Shown: positions 12,318 to 23,649, counted from the whole stretch's first letter. The stretch: DNA of 63,538 nt, filler included, from Pelomyxa schiedti (GCA_020536535.1; 14 parts of 14 records of this genome joined end to end with filler, not necessarily neighbours in it), one strand, 5' to 3'. Notes: a model not told the origin generated them from the sequence alone. Translations and numbers: made by a program.

Positions 12318-12810
12318 ACTCAAGAAGAGGAATACCAGTGGAATGGAGCTGAGCCGCACGCACATTCTGCTGACGTCCACAACACCTGGTTTGGTGAGAA
12401 GTCGAAAAAGAAAAACGGAGAAGAGAAATGGAAACATACCGCTGTGCCCCTTCTCCTCGACGGTCTGTCGCACCACCAGTCACCACCACCCACCCGCGAC
12501 ACGACGCGTCACACGCCGGCGACCAAACGGTTCCCGTAAACTCCACCCTGGACTGAGCGATAACGCAAAGTACAGCCTTCCGGTCTGTTGCTTATTCTTT
12601 TGAGGGGTTTGAACGTGGATTGGGCAAGGTGCCTGGAGGGCCGTGGAGAGCCGCGCGCGCTTGCGAGGCGCACCATCGATGTGGGGACGGTGGCAACGCA
12701 GGCGTTTACAGAGGGTGAAGCTTCCTCCCACGATGCGCAGGAAGGTCCAGAAGGAAGCCGGAAACGAAGGAGACGTGCACAGAACACCCAGCATCTTCTG
12801 ATCCCACGGG

Positions 12811-12882
12811 GCGTTGGTCCCTTCCCGGTTGGAGTTGGACCGACTTTTGGGTCTGACTTAGTGGTACCAATTTGGGTACAAA
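12811..12882 (+). repeat. Short interspersed repeat, related copy at 47299..47399
   Basis: Shared blocks GCGTTGGTCCCTTCCCGGTTGGAG, GTCTGACTTAGTGG and ACCAATTTGGGTACAAA occur on two different contigs. Confidence 0.85.
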
Positions 12883-12950
12883 CATGGAGAGGGTGTTAAA
12901 CTTCCGAGGAAGGGTTTCAGAGTAACGCGATTTGGTATTAATTTCACATT

Positions 12951-15168
12951 TCAGTGATTCGTGTCCATGAGCCAGCACCGTTGGTAAAATCCTACAGAGG
13001 ATTTGCTGAAGCCTGCAATTTCTTCCATCGATACCTCAGGGAAGTGCCTCAGAGTGAACTGGGAAATGACTGGTGAATGGCACACAAGCTGGAGGAAGTG
13101 GTCCTTGATGATGGTGGCTGTGATGCCTGGGAACGCCTCCACAATCATCTTCCAGGTGCCCAAGTCAAACCCAAAAAGGTACCTGCGGGGATTCCATGGC
13201 ATTCTCAAAACCTTTTGCAACACCCATGGATTAGTTGATCATTAATTCATTTAAGGAGTTAAGTTCAAACACCTCTTCAAATGTGATGTGGAACTTGTTG
13301 ATGAGCCACTCTGCACAGCACTCTTGTCCCCACGATATCAGTTTGAACAGTAGATCGTTGTAGCCGGATGTGACGTGGGCACGGTCCAGTTGAAATTGTG
13401 TGATCAGCAACTTGACTGTTTTGCTGGATTCTACACTCCTGGCATCTGAAAGGCACTTGGCAACAGAGTCCTTGCTGAATCCATGGTTGCTTTCCATCAT
13501 GGACACAATCCTTTTTACTTCAGTGACAGAAGAACCACAAATGCCTTGCCAGAGGGCAAGTGTGAGGAGATTTGCCCTTTCTTGTTCAGGGATCATTGGG
13601 AACTTCTCGAGGAGAAGTAGTGCTCCCTTAGATGACCTCTGTTTTCGGAGTTTTTCCACGCACTCTACAACAAACCCTATTTCGATGTGATGAATACCTT
13701 TGAAGTCCAAGCGACACAGCAACCACTCCAGACCAACAGTACTTTCAAAGAAATCTGGTATCCCTCCACACACCCTCACAAGGAGCTGTCCTGCAGCTGC
13801 AGCTCCCTGATGGCGTTCCAGTATGTGATGGGAATCTTCCAACCATGATGCAATTGATGTCTGACCGTGCGCCAATGCAATGACAAATGCAGTATCAAGG
13901 TCGGGGTTGGGAAGTACCACTCTTGTTGACAACCACTTCACCAGGTGTGTGTTATCTTCAAAGCTCTTGCACGCTGCAAAGAACAGTGCTGGACTGGCTC
14001 TGATAAAGTTGCCTTCCACAAAGAACTTGATGATATCAAGTCCTTTTCCAATTTCACATATATTCTCCGCAATTGCAACTGTGGGAACAGTGTTGAATTC
14101 AGACAGCATCCACTTTAACACATCAAGCCTTCTGACATACCCAAATTCCAGTGGCCCAGGAGGCTCATCCAGCACCAGGTGTGGGATCACGTACCTGCAG
14201 ACATCCACACAGCTGCTGGTCTTTCCCGCAATGCAAGTTTTGAAAGTAAAGGATGAAGGCACCTCCACTCCAGCAAACGTTTCAAAGCACCACTTTACAA
14301 CCTCCAGGTTCTCGCTCTTGCATGCCTTGGAGTGGAACTCCAGGGAGGGGAACCTCCTGACCCTCTCCGCCAAGCCGAAGGTGCCAACCATCCACTGGGC
14401 CAGCTCCAGGTGGCCCCCTTCCAGGGCACCCTCAAGCGGCCGCACAAACTCCCATGGCTCCCTTATGCCGAAGGTCTGTACCAGCCACTTGGCCACGTCG
14501 CCCCAGCCCCTCTCGCACACCCTGCACAGGGTTACTGATGCCCTCACGTGGTCGGACAGCTCCTGGTCATTCCCCCACCACATGATTCCAGGCCAGCCAC
14601 CGCCGACTAGCCTCTTAGCCATCTCCAGGTTTCCGCCCACACACAGCCCCCCGAACACACACATGAACTCCTTGTTCTCCCTCCTCCTCCTCATCCTCCT
14701 TGTGGCCATGGCCTCCCTCTGCGGAGTAAATACACCCCCCTCTCCCTCTCCCTCTCGCTCTCGCTCCCCCCCGCTCGCCTGCTCCTCCTGCTCGTCGCAC
14801 TCCCTGTCCCTCCTCCTGGTTGTGATCAGCCAGTCCACGCACGAGTGGCTCCCGGCCTCTGCCGCCGCTCGCAGGGCCCCGTGCCATTTGTTGGAGTGCC
14901 GCACGAGGGCTCTGCAGACGAGGCCCCTCAGCGGGAACAGCGCCTCGCCGACCCGGCACAGCGCCACCGCGTGCTTCGCACTCATCATTGTGGGATCATG
15001 ATGCCCGCCGCCGCTGGCCTCGTCGCGTGGCGGCGCCAACTCGGGCGCCAGCCACGGCACCACCGAGTCCCACACCACGCGCGAGACCGCCACAGCGTGC
15101 GACATTGCCGTCTCCCTCGTAATCGGGGAGTAGTACCCGGTATCAGAGATCCCAGACAATGTTGCCAT
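12951..15168 (-). CDS. Ankyrin-repeat-like protein, paralogue of 143..2762
   Basis: Motifs VSRVVWD..VPW, GLCVGGNLEMA and ALEGGHLELAQW. Intron 13212..13272 joins ITFEE to VLRMPW at the same position as in the paralogue. Confidence 0.8.
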
Positions 15169-15240
15169 TATTATTATCTCATGATGTGTTTGTTGTTGTA
15201 TTCACGGAAAGCCTAATGATCAGAACAGAATACAAAATAA

Positions 15241-16428
15241 ATGACCTCTATTGCGTTGGGAAGCACCATACCCACAATTACGTCACAGAGCCAGTTCGTT
15301 GCCCTCGTGACATCGTCGCACCCGCGGTGCGGCGCGAGCAGCCCCGCCCGCTGCGTCTTCTCCATCCGCCCGCTCGCCGAGTCATTGTGGGACGCCATCG
15401 TAGTGTCGACCACCCTCGACTGCGTCCTGGTCGTTGGTCCGTCCTACAAGTACGTCCATCACGTGTCCTTCGGCCTGTGCGGGGCCCTCAGCAGCGTGAG
15501 CAGATCCCCGGCGTTGCTCGATGTGCCGCGCCACGCTCGCCGGTGGCTCACTCCCCGGCTGTTCACGCACCAAGACGCGGCCTGCGAATCGACGATCACG
15601 GTGCAGCGTATTGGGGCCGCGAAGCCGTCGAAGATTCCTGGGAGCTACAACGATGCACTGAACGGGAAGTGGATTGTTGCTTGTGGGAGGAAAAGCACCA
15701 CGGATTCCGAAACGGGGTTACCTGTTGTTTGTAATAGCATCAGTGTGAGGAAAATTGTGCATAGTGGTGGTGGTGGTGGTGGGATTAAAACAGTGGTATC
15801 TGAAGCTGTTGTTGTGACACTCAGTGGACCGTTGGACGATTGTGGTATTCGTCCGGCTTTCAGTAGAATGAATCAAGATGAAGTTCTCCTGCAAGGGTAT
15901 TATGACTACCATCTCGTTCTCACTTTGATTGATGTCGAAGCCACCTTCCAGTCGAAGAAGGCTGTGGTTCTGTGCTGTTCAGACCTTGGAGAAATATCTT
16001 GCTGCTATGAGCAAATGCCCATTGCTATGAGAAGGAAAGATGGTGCCCCTGTTTTCCTTGTGAGGCCAAGTGCAAGGCGCAATGAGGTCGTTGCAGTCGA
16101 TTCGACCACATGTACACCCAAGGTTGTCAGCAACAAGTGTGGTGGGAGCCTCACACAGGTCAGCTCCTCTGTATTCTGTGTTGGGAATTGGGAGCTCTGG
16201 TCATTCGAACTGTGGGACTGCAACAACCTGGACCAACCACTGAGGGCAATGAGGCCTGGCGCAGACCACTACGACCAAGTCATTGGTGGCAGTGGGTTCC
16301 TGTTTGCACTCAGTGATGGCAAAGTTGTTGTGATGGAAGCTCACAGCCAGGTTGTTGTGATGTCATTCCAGTTTCATCCATCCCCATCCAAGCTCATCCT
16401 CCACGATCGCCTTTCCCTTTTGACCTGA
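15241..16428 (+). CDS. RCG-family protein (N-terminal QFxAL..HPRCG..SP box plus beta-rich domain)
   Basis: Intact intronless 395-aa ORF with SQFVALVTSSHPRCGASSP, LIDVEATF, WDCNN and GSGFLF. Confidence 0.85.
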   Translation: MTSIALGSTIPTITSQSQFVALVTSSHPRCGASSPARCVFSIRPLAESLWDAIVVSTTLDCVLVVGPSYKYVHHVSFGLCGALSSVSRSPALLDVPRHARRWLTPRLFTHQDAACESTITVQRIGAAKPSKIPGSYNDALNGKWIVACGRKSTTDSETGLPVVCNSISVRKIVHSGGGGGGIKTVVSEAVVVTLSGPLDDCGIRPAFSRMNQDEVLLQGYYDYHLVLTLIDVEATFQSKKAVVLCCSDLGEISCCYEQMPIAMRRKDGAPVFLVRPSARRNEVVAVDSTTCTPKVVSNKCGGSLTQVSSSVFCVGNWELWSFELWDCNNLDQPLRAMRPGADHYDQVIGGSGFLFALSDGKVVVMEAHSQVVVMSFQFHPSPSKLILHDRLSLLT

Positions 16429-16495
16429 ACAGCCCTATCATCCAATGTGTTTTTTCTCATTGCAAATCACTTTCGGTTTAAAAGGAAAAAGAGTT

Positions 16496-16863
16496 ATGAG
16501 TGCCACGCCAACGAAGTCTGAGGACCCCAATCGCGACCTCGATATAAGCAGCTCGCCCCAAGCACAATCACGTCACAGGGCCAGTTCGTTGCCCTCGTGA
16601 CATCGTCGCACCCGCGGTGCGGCGCGAGCAGCCCCGCCCGCTGCGTTTGCTCCATCCGCCCGCTCGTGGAGTCATTGTGGGACGCCATCGTCGTGTCGAC
16701 CGCAATCGACTGCGTGCTTGTGTTCGAGTCAGCAACATCTAGTGTCAATCTACACGTGTCTTTTGAGATGTGCCGGTCCCTGTGCAGTGTGAGCAGATCC
16801 CCTGCGCTCATCAATGCCCCCCAAGCAGTGAAATCTTGGCTGAGCTTCCATCACCAGGCCTGA
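16496..16863 (+). pseudogene. Truncated tandem duplicate of the 15241 gene
   Basis: About 150 bp is near-identical to 15272..15430. The ATG at 16496 is out of frame with the RCG box, and the copy ends just before the TE-rich segment. Confidence 0.8.
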
Positions 16864-16957
16864 GCCTGGGTGATGGTGACGTAACATCTACTGTGGCTTG
16901 GTAGATATCCTCCCCAGGATCCCTCCAGTGTTGGCCGGGAAAGCGTTTTTATTGCTT

Positions 16958-17002
16958 CCGGGAATACCCGGGAAGAGAGGCCGTCTTCCCGGGTATTCCC
17001 GG
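16958..17002. repeat. Perfect 19-bp inverted repeat next to a CAGTGTT hAT-like end (16926)
   Basis: CCGGGAATACCCGGGAAGA (16958..16976) and TCTTCCCGGGTATTCCCGG (16984..17002). Confidence 0.9.
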
Positions 17003-17016
17003 GCATACCGGACATT

Positions 17017-17070
17017 TAAGGCAATGCCACCACAAGCAGCCTTTTGCCTGCTAGTCAGGCTTTTCAAAAT
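17017..17070 (+). repeat. 54-bp direct repeat, second copy at 22894..22947
   Basis: TAAGGCAATGCCACCACAAGCAG(C/G)CTTTTGCCTGCTAGTCAGGCTTTTCAAAAT, 1 mismatch between copies. Confidence 0.95.
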
Positions 17071-17224
17071 GAGGAAGAACAGGGATAAAAACAAAAGAAA
17101 CCACCATTTTTTGAAAAGAGACAGTTTTTTCTGAGCAATAAGCCAGCCACTTTCAAGAGATTAGGGGGTTGTTGTAGGAATTGTGTGGAGAAACCAAAAA
17201 AGCACCTCAGGAGGAAAGGCAGTC

Positions 17225-19500
17225 TTACCTGACATTTTCTTCATAGTGGCACAGGGGGATGGGCAATCTCATGGCGAGGAACTGTTTCAAGGTGTTCCTT
17301 TGTGTCCTTCTTCTTAGCATGCAGTTACCTCTCCAAACATTAAGAGAAGAGAATGTTTTTACCTGGGTGCAACATAGAAAAAATGAGGAGGGTTCGCGGA
17401 AGTGTAGATTGTTTCATGTGTCACTAGGAGAAGTTAAGGAGTGGAAGGGAAAGTGACACACTTGGGATACCAAGCAAGTAAGTTCTGCCACACCACCAGC
17501 AAACAGCACCAAAATTTCATGTTTGCTGAGGGCCCTCAGATCCTCATGTGATTGTAAATAATTTGTAATTTATGAAGGTGTTACTCAAAAAAACAGATGC
17601 CTGCGTGGTAATTGGAGGCACAGTGAGCCTTGCATTGCAAGGAATAAATCCAGTTGTGCTCCAAAAGTTGTTCTCATCCCACTGTGCAGCAAAAAATCAC
17701 TCAGTTAAACCGAAATCACTTGCATACCAAGGAACTTGCAGGATTGGAACCAGGAAAAACAGCAGCAGGGCGATCAATCAAGTGCTCTTGACGATCTCAG
17801 ATAGGGATTCTCTTTACATTGAGACAGAAAAATCTGGTGGGATAACATAGGGAATGCCATGGGAATACCAAAGGGGAAAGAGGTCCGTATTACAACAGAT
17901 TCATGTGTGGCATCTCCACCTGTAGGAACACCTACTGACATCTTGAACCCAAAGCAATGTGTTGCCACTTCACATTGCACAAGCAGGGAGAGAAATAATC
18001 CTGCCAATCCCAGACCACATCCAACAGAAAAAGAGTGGCTTTTGCTGGTAGGCACATCTGCACAACTCAAGAAAAGCAGGAATGGTAAGTTTATGCAGGG
18101 GATATTGCTGAATAATTGGTCCTGCAGACCCTGTCCATGTCCAGGAGGAATCTCAATGGATCTTACCCACTGCTTAGCCACCAGCATTCCACAGTATAAG
18201 AATGAGGTCATGAATTTATTTACAGCTGCGTTGTCAAAGGTAAGGTACATCAAAAGCGGTTCTTGGCTCTGCCTGGCTAAAAACTGGTAAGATTCTGATG
18301 GAGAATTGAAAGAACTACGGTAGAATTGTTATTCCATATGTCCGGGTATAAGTAAACAGTTCCAAATCTTGGATGCACATGAAGCATACTTTGCACAACC
18401 CTGAGAGAGAGCCGAACAAGATATTGCTTAGCATCCATGCACACAGCACCCAATTCACCTGGAAAGTTTCTTGCCTTGGCATATTTATGGTCTTGGTACT
18501 GGCGCTCACTGAGGTGAAGCTTGGTGTGTGCATCAATGGTCCCAATAAGACTAGAAGTTAGAGCCGGATCACCACCATACAGTGCATCAGCCTTTGAGTG
18601 TTGTAACTTGTCACAAATAGTGCAACGAGTCTGGGTGGTAATGCACTCATGCAATATGAAGGGAAACTGTTTCTCTGTAGAAGGTCCACATGCTTGGGAT
18701 CTGCCAGATCTTGGTTAGTGTTGTTTTACATAAGCTTAATAATAACTTTCTCAGCTCCAACATCGTCTGCCATCAAATCATTCTTGTATATAAATCAGAC
18801 AGAGTCTCAGAGGCAAGTAAGAAGTAAGCCTTTGGTTACCATCCCGATCCACAGCCCTTTCCCCAACCATGGGAAAGAACAATGGTTCACATAGATGAGA
18901 CTCAATAACACAGGAAGTTATCCACTCTATAGCACTCCTCTGCTTTGCATATTCTCTGGAACATCGGAGATCAAGAGCCCCTCTATTCCCAAAGTTAACA
19001 AATTTGGACAAAAAATTCGATGTTCCAGAGAATCTGCCCTCCCCCTCTCTCTACCTGGACCGTCTGTGTATGCATGGAGATTGGTAAGGCGCTCATGTAC
19101 AATTCCATAAAAAAAAGCAAAATGTGCTCAGCACACAGTCCTCCCTGTGTTGACTGGTGTAAAAACGAAGTGAAATTGAAAATAGAGATCATAATGGAAA
19201 TGAGAGTGAGGGGACAACGGAAACACCTTTGAACATGTACATGTGGAGGAAACTTGTGCAGTTTTTCCGCCAAGTATGTATCTTGATCAGCTTTTATTTT
19301 GGAGTGTAGTTTCACTCGCAGGTAGATCTACCTGGTAGGTGGATCTGCAACATTGCAAGATCAAGCACACTGAGCGAGGACCTGTATGTACAGTCGCACT
19401 TTCTTTCTGTTGTTAAGCATTAATGACTAGGAAAGAAGTGACAAAAGCGACAGTACAAACTGCTGAAGATAGTTTGAAGCACAAAGTCGAGGTGATGGCA
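17225..19500 (-). mobile_element. Decayed Sola-like DDD transposase
   Basis: Ordered motifs VC*AHFAFFYGI, RCTICD..H..ER....KAR..P..CMD and LTFDNAAVNK..LV..PGHGQGLQDQLFSNI match the Sola-type pattern as recalled. Several stops and frameshifts are present. Confidence 0.7.
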
Positions 19501-20063
19501 GCTGAGGAAATGGCCCAGGTAATTTCCTCAAAGTATTTTCACGATGCCACATTGACTGAGATGGACAACATTGGCTCCTAAGTATTTCACGGCACTATTA
19601 GGCTGGTGGAAATGGCCACAAGTACACCAGAAAAACGATCTGTGACTTAGTTGCATGTGCCAACAAAACAACAAATGTGTCTCCCCACACAGCTCATCTG
19701 AGAGTGGCATAAACACACAACACAGTGCCTCACTCACCATACTGCCCCCCAGTATTGCTAAAACACCACCGTTTTTCTCCATTTTGATAGAGATCTGGAT
19801 GTGGGCAGAAGAAAAGATTGGGAGAGGGACATTCTGCATGTGGGGTGGCGTAACGACCCGGCCGTCTGGGTTAAACCACGTCAGGACAGTCGGTGCCTCG
19901 AGGGAAACAGCCCTCAGATCTGTCAAGATGCTTGAATCGGTAAAGTGCCCATTGTGCTCACAGCGACTGACATCGAGGGTGTGTATGGTGGCATCTCTCG
20001 GTGTCATGCTGGATGTACGTTTTCCCTGTGCATTTTGATTATTTGGTGCCAAATTCACAGCCC

Positions 20064-20179
20064 TTACTGGCGGCGCCGCCGGTAAAGCACTTTGGCAATT
20101 TACATGTCACTTTTATTTTTTTGTGTGTGTGATCCCCAGTTGATCTTACTGGCGGTGCCGCCGGTAAGCTTTGAAACTG
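20064..20179. repeat. Pair of near-perfect GC palindromes, possible element terminus
   Basis: TTACTGGCGGCGCCGCCGGTAA (20064..20085) and CTTACTGGCGGTGCCGCCGGTAAG (20145..20168). Confidence 0.8.
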
Positions 20180-20249
20180 TGGGTGGCAAAATGTGATTAG
20201 GCCCACCCAAACCTCTCCCTTTTCCACGGCACCCAGATTGTCTCTCTGT

Positions 20250-22821
20250 GGCAGAGAAAGCATTGCTTGATGCTATCCACGGTGGCAATGCACAATAGTC
20301 CCAAACCCAATGCCCCAGCTCCGCAACTACTTCTTCATCTTTACTTCCAGCTGTTTTCACAGCAGCAACTTTGCATTTGGTCTCACAGAGTCTCCCAGCA
20401 GTTCACAGTCGCCAAACACTTGTGTTGCAGTCTCTCTGTGCCAAGCTTGAGGAAGTTGACAGTACACAAATGATCCAGTAAGTGTGCTGCCACATTCCCA
20501 CGTTTTTCTTATAACCCCAACAGAGAACAATTCATTTTATTCGGGAAATGAGAACAATTCCCGAATTTGTCACTGTTGTAGGTTGTTCACTGCGCTGCTG
20601 GTACCAGTACTTGATGTGCTTGTCAATGTACTATTTGTGGGGTTGATGCCATAGGGTGCATGTACCCAAGAGAGAACTTCATCCAGCCCATTTGAAGTTG
20701 GAGCTCGTTTCTATGCTTATTAGGTGCATGACTTGAAGAAGACATACTGCAAGGCAGTCATAAAAAGTTTCTTTGTGAGGAATTTCAACAACTAGTGGTT
20801 CCATTTGATTTTGCAATAAGTCCTTCAGCTTGTTTATAACATCCTGAAGTATTTAGTGTTAAAAATTATGACTAGGAAAAAACCCATTTTTCAGTGTCAG
20901 TCCAAAGATTTAAAAACCGAAAACGGGGGTCCAGGAATGTAATAAGAGTAGTCAGGTCATCTTTGAAGACAAAATAAGAATCAAGATTCTTTATCAGAGT
21001 TTCTTTCATCTTGAAAAGAGTATGACTAAAAGGTGTGTTACCCACATAAAAGAATGCAATTCACTAACACACTGAGAAGCACTCACTGGTGTAGCTTCTA
21101 TTTTGTGGTGCAATGAACGAATGGCTAGACAACCAGTTGCTAAAGTGGCAGCATGGGCTTGTATGCGTTTTATAGCCTGCATAGTTGTTAGGGGTGATGG
21201 AAGAAATGGTAATTGTGACTTCTTTGGCTGGTTTAGTAAGTTCTGCTACAAGTTCCAAAATTTTCCAATCATCAGTGGAAAAATCTAGACTCTTGGGGGG
21301 CTGAACTACATCTTCAAATGCTTTATCTGTTGCACACATTGCTAAAGGCAATCGCAGTTGAACTCCTCTCATTACCATAAGTCCAGTACTAAGCCAACGG
21401 ACCTTGGTATCCTAGGGATATTACAGGGTAATAGTTAAAATAAACAGAAAACCTACAGTGATCAATCGTTTTCTGATGCCTAATGACTCACAATGTTGTT
21501 TAAAAAGTCTCATTTTGATGTATGATCGATGTAGTTCTGTTATCCAAGATCGCAACTACATACATGATTAGAGACTTTAATGCAGAGAACAAACCTTCTG
21601 AATTGCAGGTAAAGTTGGATCAAGAGCATGTTTGTAAACCAGTGCTAATCGGTGTGCCATACACCATGTGTACGATACTCCTAACTGTCTGCTGACACCC
21701 TCCAAAGCGCCATCAGCAACAATACCAACAACATGAAAGTTCCAATCCCTTTGGTATTTCTGAGGTGTTGTCAGAACAAAATGTGGACAAATGCAGAAAA
21801 AGTAAATACTTGAACAACTGCAGCAATTTCTGGGCAGGTGTGAGTTGCTGGCATACATTCTGGAGGACAGACATATTCAATGAGTTCTCCACCTGAGAAA
21901 AGTCGGAGCTTCCACAATAGCCAAGAATCTTGGGTACAATCTGACCACATATCAAGAATGACACAGGCAGGTTTATTTTGCACAGCAAGTTTTATCTACT
22001 CAGATCATACATCAAAGAATATAAGGTTATTACAAACTTTTTGACAAGTCTCTGCATATTTTTTCAAGATGATCAATTTCACAGCTTTTCTTCCTTTTAC
22101 TTCCACTCGAGGGCCCCATAAGTGACAATCATCAGCGTCACTGAGAGGTCTCATTCTCTTTAAACAGTTAATACAAAAAAGGGTTGACAATAGTTACCAT
22201 GACAATAAACTGTAACACTCGAGCATTGGCTTCCAGTTGCAGCTGTTTTGCATTCACACAAAAAGAGGTCTGAAGAAGAAAACTTTGTGAGTTTGCAGGC
22301 CTCTGTGATGTAGTTACAGTGTCATGTGTAGCACTGGGAGGTGGTGTTGAGGCATCACGCAATGACAAGGTTGAAGAAGCAGAGGGCACTGGGGTCAAAG
22401 ACCCAGTTGAAGTGGAGGAAGAGGACACCACTGAAGAGGAGCATACTGTTGAGACAGACGACACTGTTGAGGAACTAGACAATGTTGAGGCAGGTGACAC
22501 TGTTGAGGAACCAGACGATGTTGACGCAGACCCCATTGAGAAACAAGATGATGTTGAGATAGCAGGAACAATGGGAGTAACAACTAAGGATGTTTGTCTT
22601 TGTCTTCCATTGTTTCGGCTTCCTAGTTGTGGGGAAAAAGAAAAACGGAAACAAAAAAGAACCCTACTTCGTTTTAAACAAGAGTTCCAGTGCCTGCCAA
22701 GACCCGATGTTGATGAGCCGTCGCATGCTAGGCGCTCATGGCACAGCTCACAAAAAGCATGGCCAGTATCACTGGGATCTTTTGTGAAGTGTTCCCACAC
22801 CCACGAACGCTGGTTTTGCAT
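20250..22821 (-). mobile_element. Decayed, spliced hAT-family transposase with BED zinc finger
   Basis: BED finger SWVWEHF..AFCELC..STSGLGRH, then ILDMWSD, VADG..CMAHRLAL (CxxH), DTKVRWLS, DWKIL..L..LTKP, TFLDPRF and a degenerate dimerisation motif YCALPP..SSNAFS. Confidence 0.88.
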
Positions 22822-23649
22822 GGATTGTTGTTGGCTGTGCGGCACTACCGACAAAGTAGTGAATCTGCTAACTTGTTTCTCTGAAAAAGGAAATAAGGCA
22901 ATGCCACCACAAGCAGGCTTTTGCCTGCTAGTCAGGCTTTTCAAAATAAAAGAATCAGTGTTTTTTTCCTTTTTTGGTGGCTTTTCCTTTGCTTTGGGGG
23001 GCAGGACTGGGACTNNNNNNNNNNNNNNNNNNNNNNNNNNNNNNNNNNNNNNNNNNNNTTAATTAATTAANNNNNNNNNNNNNNNNNNNNNNNNNNNNNN
23101 NNNNNNNNNNNNNNGAGAACACGGATTGTAGTTGGCCAAAGAGTTGTGGTGTTTTGGTGTGTTAGTGCTGTGATGTTAGCGTAATCGTTTATGTATTGTA
23201 GTCGACTACTGGACATTTCCCAACTCCCATGATTCATCTATGTTGTCATAGTAAGTTAGACCAACTGCGTGGGTATATAGCGGTATTACTATTAAAAAAA
23301 ACAAAGAAAGCAAGTGAGTGCCGGGTGTTTAGAACACTGCGTTTATAACATACCTCAGTGTCAGAACGGAACAACTGTAATAACTGAGTGACTAAACAAA
23401 TACGAGCATCGCCGTGTGCAATGTGTGTCATTGGGCATCTCGGTCGTGATACATTTCAAGAGTTTTCAAAATACACTGGGCTCTGGATTTTCGGTTACGG
23501 CAGCATAAACCCTGGAAACAAGTTCACACACCCACTGTATCACATTTAATACAAAATCATAAGGAAAACCATAAAAATGGCCAAACAAAAAAAAAATAAC
23601 ATAAAAGAAAAGAAAATAAAAGCAACGCAGTGCTGCGGCTACAAAAACA

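Noticed and set aside
13880-15001. Long antisense ORFs (also 59889..60944 and 22319..23062)
   Set aside because: They mirror real coding frames on the opposite strand and have no independent motifs.
16926-20179. CAGTGTT ... AAACTG as paired TIRs of one element
   Set aside because: Only 4 terminal bases match and there is no target-site duplication.
17017-22947. LTR retrotransposon suggested by direct repeats
   Set aside because: The repeats are only 54 bp with no TG..CA ends, PBS, gag or RT, and the interior encodes DNA transposases.
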